A stretch of DNA of 63,494 nt, counting the filler, from Craspedostauros australis (taxonomy: Eukaryota): the NCBI GenBank assembly GCA_030167865.1. It is 8 parts of 8 records of this genome, joined end to end, with 100 filler letters (N's around TTAATTAATTAA, not from the genome) between each part and the next. Parts side by side here need not be neighbours in the genome. Positions count along the whole stretch, not along the records: positions 46,898 to 57,651 come from JALAGF010005338.1; positions 57,752 to 61,410 come from JALAGF010005339.1; positions 61,511 to 63,494 come from JALAGF010005351.1; 5 more parts are not named here. The stretch is one strand, 5' to 3'. The position numbers and the translations under genes were made by a program. The notes under the pieces were generated by a model. It searched no databases and was not told where the DNA came from. It saw nothing but the letters and a program-made list of their open reading frames with translations. Positions 55,084 to 63,494 of this stretch are shown piece by piece. Each line of letters starts with the position of its first letter. The first letter of the stretch is position 1.

Positions 55084-56665
55084 TGTTGGCAAGTTCCGCT
55101 CACGGTAACCTACGATCGTGGAAGATGGTGTTGGTTGATAGTCGTTCGTTTGCTATTTCATTACGTTGGTTACTCCGATCCTCTCGGTGTACACCCGTTC
55201 TCTTGCCCGATGTTCTCGGCGCTTCAATCTGTTTTGTAGATACGGTCTCCGACTATGAGTTGGTACGCGAGATGCTCTCTCGCGTCTCTCTCTGTACTCT
55301 CTCTCCCTGTCTCAACATCGTGTGCTCGCGCTACACGATACTCCGTGTTCGATGCGTACTCCACATTCAACACTCCGTTCATTCACTACTGGTTCCTACT
55401 CCATGAGTACTTACCATTTGAAGTTCACCTTCAGTATCCATGATGTTGATGCCCTTTGGTCATCGGATCTTCGCCTCCTGCTCTGACTTGGAGACAGATG
55501 TCGACGTGGTGACACGATGACATCCTGTCGACGTCAGTAGGCGTTCTTCTGCTCTCCAGATGTCACGTTCCATTGGTGATGCAGGAGTCTGTCAGATGAT
55601 ATTGTCATCTGAGGTTTAGTTGGGAAGTACCTTGAGATTCTCTTGGTACCATTGATGGATGGACGGACGATGTTTCTAATTCTCTCAGAAATCGTCGATT
55701 GCAAATTTCCTCCAGAAATTCTGCTTATTATCGTGTGTTCCATTTCCACTGTAATTCTGACAAATCACAGTATACTATCGACACTAGTGTAGTTGTACCT
55801 GTTGGAAATCCGGGGTTATAGTAGTAGACTAATCTGTTATTAGTCTGTACCATTTTAGAACTGTGAGCACAACATGCTCATCTCTTTTCGATTCCAATTC
55901 CACAACAAGCATGATCTGCAGTAGCCACCCGAGGTTACACCCTTTAGCTTGGCTCCTTTCATCTGCATCTTCATCTTGCCTTCATCGTGGTTCATCGCTT
56001 GCTTAGCTGAGGATTGGAGAGTACCTACATTCGTCAAGTTCATACTCGTAGACCTGTAGGTACCTCTCCTTCGGTCTCCTGTCACCTCACTGGTCCCACT
56101 TCATTTTAGTTCCTCCCTCCGGTCATCTCGATGGTTGCCTTTGGATGTTTGGAACTTATCGTCGTCTGGATCGTGGTCTTGGGTGAATAGGGATCGCCTC
56201 TGTTTCGCTTTCTCACATTAGGTTCTCAGGGACGCGTCGACTTGTTCAGATATATTGGTTGTCGCGCTCATTCGATTCACTCAGGGCTGGCATGTTGCCA
56301 TCGTCATAGATCTCTTGGTTCCTGACCGTTATCGGGACATGGCCGAGTAGGCCACTGGATGAGGGTGCTTGGATGTCGCATAAGACAGGTAAGGCCATTG
56401 GGCTGTCCGAGTGCAACTGGTCGATTGCTAGGTTGCGGTTTGTCTGGGAGATGCTATTGGGGGTTGCGGCAATCATGGTATCTTTGCACTTAATACCATT
56501 TTGGTTCCGGTCAGTCCTCATGGGAGCTGCGGTATAATAGGGTATCTTTGCAAAGTCGTACCCCCGATTCCTGACATGTACCGTCCGTACATGTATAAGA
56601 GAATAGCGGGTGAACGATGCACATATATATACATCTTGGCATATACACGCATGCACATCTTGACA
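55084..56665 (-). repeat. Second family-A LTR (certain to 55629; distal TG boundary at 56665 tentative)
   Basis: 55084-55629 repeats the preceding copy; 56054-56553 matches 6199-6705; TGTCAAG start candidate at 56665 but no TSD or PPT seen. Confidence 0.6.
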
Positions 56666-57341
56666 AGCCAAATTTGGATTTGAATGTTAACGTCTAATCC
56701 CGGCTACTCACTGAGGAAATGTGTTCGGACAGGTCAAACAACGTCGCTGAAATGCCAATTCTTCCTTCGAAGAACGTTGTGCGAAAGTCTGTTGGTCCTA
56801 CTTTGGAGAAATGTAACGAGGCATTGGTGCCGCTTGCCAGCTTGATCGAGTCCCGCCACAGTAAATGACATGAAGACTCAATATCTAAATAATTCAAATG
56901 ATGGCTATTTCAGTCTAATTATGGCTATTTGAATCGAATGACGGCTATTTAAATCATGGGTTCGGTTGTTGCACGGCTGATCGGGATTAAATCATGACAC
57001 TGTACATCAGGGTCATTTTCGGAGTTTCTCCACAATTCCACCATAAATAAAACTGGAAGCTATGACCCACCAAGAGTTCCTGAGAACGAAAGGTGGAGTC
57101 GAGAACACTCTTTTTGAGAAACAGTTGTCATTGCCAACACAACAGGCTTTGATTGGCTGGGTGAGTTCTCTCAAAGATGGACTAATTTGACCCATTTTGC
57201 CGGGTGTCCCTGGGCGCAGTAGTCACAACAAGTGAATGTTTTGTGCCTTTCAGGGATAGAATCGGAATTCCGACAAACCAAACCAAAGAAAAATAAAAAC
57301 TAATTAATCCCCTAACACAACACAAACAACAGCAAAGCAAA

Positions 57342-57651
57342 ATGACTTCGAACAACCAACCCAACACGAGCCACCGCGAAGAGACCGAACCCGAGGAAGT
57401 ACCAACTTTGGAGCCTCCGACCAAGGAGCCCGACAAACCCCCAGCCAAAGGAAGTATAGATGCAAGCAACCAGCACCGAGCTCGACGGCAAGCAAAAAGA
57501 GCGATCCCATACGACGGCGGAATGGAGGAGAACGACCCCGACGATGTGTCCATCACATACAGACCTAGATCCAACACGTTCAAGACAGCAGCCAACAAGA
57601 CAGGCGTCGAAGTAGTACCATTCGAGAAAGCCACCGGCGACGGATCCATCG
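57342..57651 (+). CDS. 5' end of an unidentified ORF, cut by the contig end
   Basis: ATG after an A/C-rich leader; open for 103 codons up to the gap. Confidence 0.45.
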
Positions 57652-58499
57652 NNNNNNNNNNNNNNNNNNNNNNNNNNNNNNNNNNNNNNNNNNNNTTAAT
57701 TAATTAANNNNNNNNNNNNNNNNNNNNNNNNNNNNNNNNNNNNNNNNNNNNTCGTGTTCATGTTCATGGTTGGAGTCATGGCCTGATGTCCCGAAACAGC
57801 AGCTTGATACTGCACCTGCTGCGGAGGTCCTCTGCTGAGAATCATGGTCACTTTGATGCTCAGTTCAAATCTGTGAGCCTTGTGTGGGATAAAGATGATG
57901 AAGGTGAATGGCAGAGGTGCAGCAGGCACCAAAGACGAACGATCCCTCCTCAATGTGTTGCGATCTCGCCAACGCGATGCAACCACGAACAGAGAGATGT
58001 GAAAGCGCCAGAGAGAGAGGAATCAAACCAAACCTGAGTGAGAACAGATTTGACACGTCGCGCCTGCCACGCCATTGGCATCATCTTGATTGTTTTAGTA
58101 TGGTGAAATAACGCTTGTTGAGCGTTAACCATTCAAATTCAAATCATGGCCATAAGTAAACATGTTCAACAACACTTTCGTCACAATTCAATGCCGTCGC
58201 GACAAAACCAACACAAACACAACGCGGCGAGATGGTTGGTAGCTTCCGCCATGGTGGATGCAGGTCGACGGTACACAGAAAGAGCAGCCAGCGGCACAAG
58301 AGGACACAAGTTGATTGAGAACACCACAGAGGAAAGACGAAAGTGTCGAGCGAGTGGCGACAACGACAACGACGAAGAGGACGGCAACACCAGAATACAC
58401 AATAAGATAGCATCCCCTTACTGGTTGCCGGCGATCGAACTTGATTTGTGGATTGTTTTTGTGTTGTGCAATCACGACACGATGCAGATCTACCATGAC

Positions 58500-61410
58500 A
58501 TGCTGCCAAAGACGCCCGTGGGTCGCATGGTCGGGTTCGATGATTCCATCGGCACGCCACCAGCCAAGACGCCGTCAACGAAGAACAAAATCGTGGGCCG
58601 GAAAGCACTGACGCCGCACAACAACAACAACAACAACAACAACGTCTCGCCAATGCAATCGTTGCGTCGCCAGCTGAAGGGGTCGACCCCAGCTACCTCC
58701 AAGCTTGGTAGATCCTCGATTCGATCCTCTGCGAGCACCAACGCCGGGAACAGAAGCGCAGACATGTCCTGGACAGGCAAGAATAGATTGAAGCCATCCA
58801 ATTCGACCAAGCAAAGGAATGCACTCAGCAAATCCGCAAAGACGCTTGGACTAAGTGCGACACACCGTGGAAAGGAAAACACGATCGCTCCCAACACTCG
58901 AACACCGTACCGATCTCCCGTGCATGACTCCACATCTTCCACGGTGGCGAATGCTCCTGCAGCATCGGTTGCTGTGCTAGGCGAGAAGACTCCAAACAGC
59001 GCAGTGAATCTTCGTCGAAACCTCCGCGCAACGATATCACCCACGTTCCAGTCCACAGGCTCCATCAACACTGCCATCAGCAGAAAACGGAATAACGACG
59101 ACGACACCAAAAGCAAAAACAGCAGTGGCAGCAGCGGTAAGGCATCATCATTCACCCCATTGCAATTCACATCGACTCAAAGAGGCTACACTTGGTCTCC
59201 ATTCAGCTCTGCGCCACCTTCAACCAAATCCCACACCATCCCTGAAGACACCGCGACCAAAAGCAAGAGTAATACCAACACCACCAGCAGCAGCGGCAAC
59301 GTCAACGCCACAAAACCAACAATGGCATCTGCAGCATCATCGATCAACAAGGCTCGTAGCTTCACGTCGCAGCCAACTCTTTCGAAGATCTCCATCGTAC
59401 TTCCCAAGACGCCCAACTCATTGCTCCGAACAGAGCTGGGGGATGACGATCCATCGAACCCTGATGTCAGCTTGCTGGAAGAAAGCCTTCTCGTTAGTCC
59501 GACTGGTGCTGTTTGGCAGCCATCGACAACCTCTCCGACAGCTGCAAAGGCACGACGCAACAACGCAAATGCAAGGGATAGTCCCGGCACGGAGAGCCCC
59601 ACTGTTGATATTGACAAAGCATCCCTGCTCATCCTCTCGCCCCAGGCGGCACAACAGGTCCACGAAGTTCAGAAGCATCTGCAGAACCAGCACAAACACG
59701 AACCAAACTCCGTCAATCCGTCATCGGCAACAAGTGCAACCAACAAGGGCAGACATACATCAACAGTCAGCCATGCAACACCATTNNNNNNNNNNNNNNN
59801 NNNNNNNNNNNNNNNNNNNNNNNNNNNNNNNNNNNGCCGAATCAATCTCTTGCCCTGCGAACGATAACAGAAAGTGTTTCTACTTCTGCAGTGGCTTCTG
59901 CTCGAACCGCGACAGTGCAGAAGCCCAGAGGCGCCGCTTCGACTGCCATCTCTACCCCCGCAACTACACGCAAGGGTGTTGCATTCACCGTGTCCGTAGA
60001 TCGACCATCCACCACAACTTCGAAGCCTCGAATGCAGAGATCCACTCCCAAGTCAAAACCTCAACGCCAACCCCAACGTCAACTTCAGTCATCGCAGTCA
60101 ACATCAAAATACGGTAAACTTGGCCGCACCCACGCCCCATCAAAAGTAACCTCTGTGCAGAAGTCCCCAAAACGACGTGAAGCATCATGGGCCGACAAGC
60201 AATCAACCACCTTTACTAGCTGGCTCAATTACACCCTCAATCCCATCGAAGGTGCGGAGGAGTCAAGCGAACCGCAATCCGGCGGCCGCAATACGGGACT
60301 TCGAACACTCTTCATCCATCAGCACCTGGCTCAGTGCAGATCAAGAGCTGCGGAAATCTTCCAAAGCGATGAAATGGAGCGCGTCAAGACGATCGTTGAT
60401 CAAGAGATCAAGAAGGGGCGCTTGGCCATCAGAACGGATCGAGATATTCATGCAGACCTGATGTTGCGGAGGAGCATCATCAATCTCTTGTCGTCCTATT
60501 CCCAGCCATGGCTGCGAATTGCGCTCGAGGTCGTGTTCGGAGAGATCCTCGAGCCCGTCAGCACTATTGGCGAACCACAACAATCAACGGCAACTAGAAT
60601 GGCAAGGCCTTCGAAGAGCAAGAAGCAGGCACCTACGAGTGCAACTGCAGCTGCCATCACCGCATTTCAACGCATGCGGCAGACCATCAAGGCATTTCTC
60701 GCTGAGCGTGTCCTCTCCGACAGCACGGTTCTCGCACACTACACAAGAGGCAAGTGCAAGGTACCATCCGGGAAGTTCGAAAAATTGTACAAGGCCGAAA
60801 TGCGATCCATCGTCCTCCGCCGTCTCATCGTGCTCGTGATCTTCCTCGACATGGCCAAGATGGAGAATGTGCTGGACAAGGTACCGCGGCTCTTTATCAA
60901 AACCTCAAAGGTGAAGTCATCCAAGGATGTCCTCCAGTCTCTATGCCGCGAATGCTTGACTGGGGAGGGTGATTTTCTGAAGCATCTCAACCGGCTCGGT
61001 CTCAAGGTGCACTACCGACAACAGCCGGCTGATGAGGTCAATCTACATGTGGACAATCTCGCAACTGATCTCCGCGATGGCTCGTGCCTTACACGCTTGG
61101 CCGAAATTGTGGCGGGTTGCAAACCAAAGCAATTCATGACAGCGTTGCGCCTCCCCGCTGGTTCTCGGTTGCAGAAGCTGCACAACGTAGGCATCGCACT
61201 GAAGAACTTGCGCTCCTTCGGAATCTCAATTCCACAAGACGTCATTCCACATCAGATCGTCGATGGCCATCGTGAGATGGTGCTCAAGCTGATGTGGTCC
61301 ATCATCGCGCAGTGTTGCATGGAGAAGCTGCTGAGGGAGGATTGCGTCGAGGAGGAGATTCGACGTGTGCATTCGTCAAATCGGGTCAGATTCAAGATCG
61401 AAGGTCGTTC
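58500..61410 (+). CDS. ASPM: Abnormal spindle (ASPM/Asp)-like protein, 3' truncated
   Basis: S/T-P-rich disordered N-terminus; FTSWLNYTL, LLSSYSQPWLRIALEVVFGE, NLATDLRDG..LTRLAE, LPAGSRLQKLHNV, IVDGHREMVLKLMWSII (calponin homology); start codon approximate. Confidence 0.88.
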
Positions 61411-61915
61411 NNNNNNNNNNNNNNNNNNNNNNNNNNNNNNNNNNNNNNNNNNNNTTAATTAATTAANNNNNNNNNNNNNNNNNNNNNNNNNNNNNNNNNN
61501 NNNNNNNNNNTTGTTGTGGTGGTGGTTCCAAACTCTTGTGTCCAGCAACCAGCACTTCACGCATCACTGTTCCCATACGCACCAACGCGATACCCCTTGC
61601 AATTCTGTTGCGCAACTGCTGGTTCTCAATGACTGTTTCCCCGAAACCATGGGGCTTCGCTTTGCTTCACGCGCAACACCAGGGGCATCTGTTCACCTCC
61701 GACCTGCCTTGATTTTGCCCCTCCTGTTGCCACAGTGACACCCACCTCCTCCATCATCCTCCACAAAGGATATCATCTCTGCAAAAANNNNNNNNNNNNN
61801 NNNNNNNNNNNNNNNNNNNTTACTGTGTGGCTCATTGGACCAACCACAACCAGCTTCACTCTATTGTTGTGCATCATAGCCTGCCAAAAAGAGCAACCCA
61901 CCAGCATTTCCAACC

Positions 61916-63494
61916 ATGACAAGCTCAAAGCCTCCACCAATTGATGGGCACCAGAAATCACTGGCAACAACACCTCCAAGGCCTGGGAATGAGAATGAAG
62001 CAAACATCCCCCCAGTTCGCCACTGCCATGCTGCCAGCTCTGATCAAGACTTCCCCCCACAACAGAGAGCACACAGTGCTGCTGCTGTCAATGGTGGTTC
62101 ACCAATTAACTATCACATCATTGACTACCTTCGCAGCTACCAATTTGGTGGCTCCTCAATCCACAGATATCATGCTTGGAGCGTCCTCCACATGAACCAA
62201 AACCACACACTCAATCATGACAGCACCAAGCCGGAGGGTCCAGTAGCAAGCTATCTGCGTGCTTGTAAATTGCACACTCCAAAATTCAACCAGCCCCACC
62301 CTCCCAATCAAACAGGATTTGTTGATATCTTAACCCCACCTACATTGCTGGAGTCTCCCTGGAATACGTTCATCCGCCACAATCAACTTCAGCCTCTCTC
62401 CAATGACATGCATCGTGCTGTCCACTTCCCAGAGAGTATGCCCATCACCCACCACATGGCTCTCCATGGTGATAACAGTGCCAATGATCTGCCAGGCAAT
62501 GGCACCAGCACCAGTGACGATGATGGGTCCGATCCTGCTTTTGAACCACCGGATGACAGTGNNNNNNNNNNNNNNNNNNNNNNNNNNNNNNNNNNNNNNN
62601 NNNNNNNNNNNNNNNNNNNNNNNNNNNNNNNNNNNNNNNNNNNNNNNNNNNNNNNCATCATGAAGAGAGATCCATCTAAACTCCGCAACTTCCCACCAGA
62701 TGGTTGGCATCACATCCCAGACAAAAGTCAACCTCGTGCCTGGAGAACCTACCGTGGCATTCAAATGGATGTCCACGACTTTGTATCGAAGACTCTGGTG
62801 TCACATCAAGTTGCTCCTGTNNNNNNNNNNNNNNNNNNNNNNNNNNNNNNNNNNNNNNNNNNNNNNNNNNGATCTGCCAGGCAATGGCACCAGCACCAGT
62901 GACGATGATGGGTCCGATCCTGCTTTTGAACCACCGGATGACAGTGGCAGCGACATAGAATCAATCAACAATTCTAATGTGCCCATGGCGACCACTCCAT
63001 CCACTCCTACAGCCCGTGACGTTCTCATGGAGATGTACCGCATCATGAAGAGAGATCCATCTAAACTCCGCAACTTCCCACCAGATGGTTGGCATCACAT
63101 CCCAGACAAAAGTCAACCTCGTGCCTGGAGAACCTACCGTGGCATTCAAATGGATGTCCACGACTTTGTATCGAAGACTCTGGTGTCACATCAAGTTGCT
63201 CCTGTNGACTTCAGGGATGCTTTTGACTACTGCCAAGAGGCACTGCCCATCTATCCTGTCCAGATGGCCAAGAATTGTGCTACCCTATGCTTCAACGCAA
63301 CAGACCAAACTTCTCAATGCTTCAAGTTGGTGATGGGAGTGGCCAAGTCTGTCAAGGAGAGCAATAGGTTTCTACAAGCCTATAGCCATGCAATTTCACC
63401 ACCCATTGCCCACAACCATCATGCACAACATTGGGACACAACAGATCATACTCATCGCAAACTGAAGAAGCTCAATGCTGTCCTTGCTGCTGGA
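61916..63494 (+). CDS. Unidentified ORF fragment(s) running off the window
   Basis: Open frames on both sides of gaps with a duplicated segment; no recognisable motif. Confidence 0.4.

Noticed and set aside
6143..61466. Regularly recurring TTAATTAATTAA palindrome
   Set aside because: Always embedded in N runs and stops all six frames: an assembly spacer. Adjacency across it, such as tRNA-Ser next to element C, carries no biological meaning.

Overview
Eukaryotic draft-assembly sequence, most likely a diatom (spliceosomal introns, bipartite plastid-targeting presequences, CoDi-type Ty1/copia elements). It is a concatenation of eight unlinked pieces joined by artificial N-TTAATTAATTAA-N spacers (6143, 14187, 37654, 43118, 46842, 57696, 61455). 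Four pieces hold four different Ty1/copia LTR retrotransposons, partly nested in one another. One 23-kb gene-rich piece (14243-37610) carries cpSRP54, an mTERF, a saccharopine-dehydrogenase-like oxidoreductase, a probable thylakoid-lumen protein, an exostosin-like glycosyltransferase, a UFD1-UBX fusion, LCMT1, tRNA-Ser(CGA) and gene relics. Another piece carries an ASPM-like gene, and two carry unidentified ORFs. The most interesting signals are in the retroelements. Two diverged copia elements share a conserved hydrophobic, probably membrane-spanning segment between the Gag zinc finger and the protease. One element has gag and pol in the same frame separated by a single UGA-C (candidate readthrough) and carries a chromodomain-like module. 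Several elements carry unrelated extra domains at fixed polyprotein positions. All family assignments are from motif recognition only; no searches were run.
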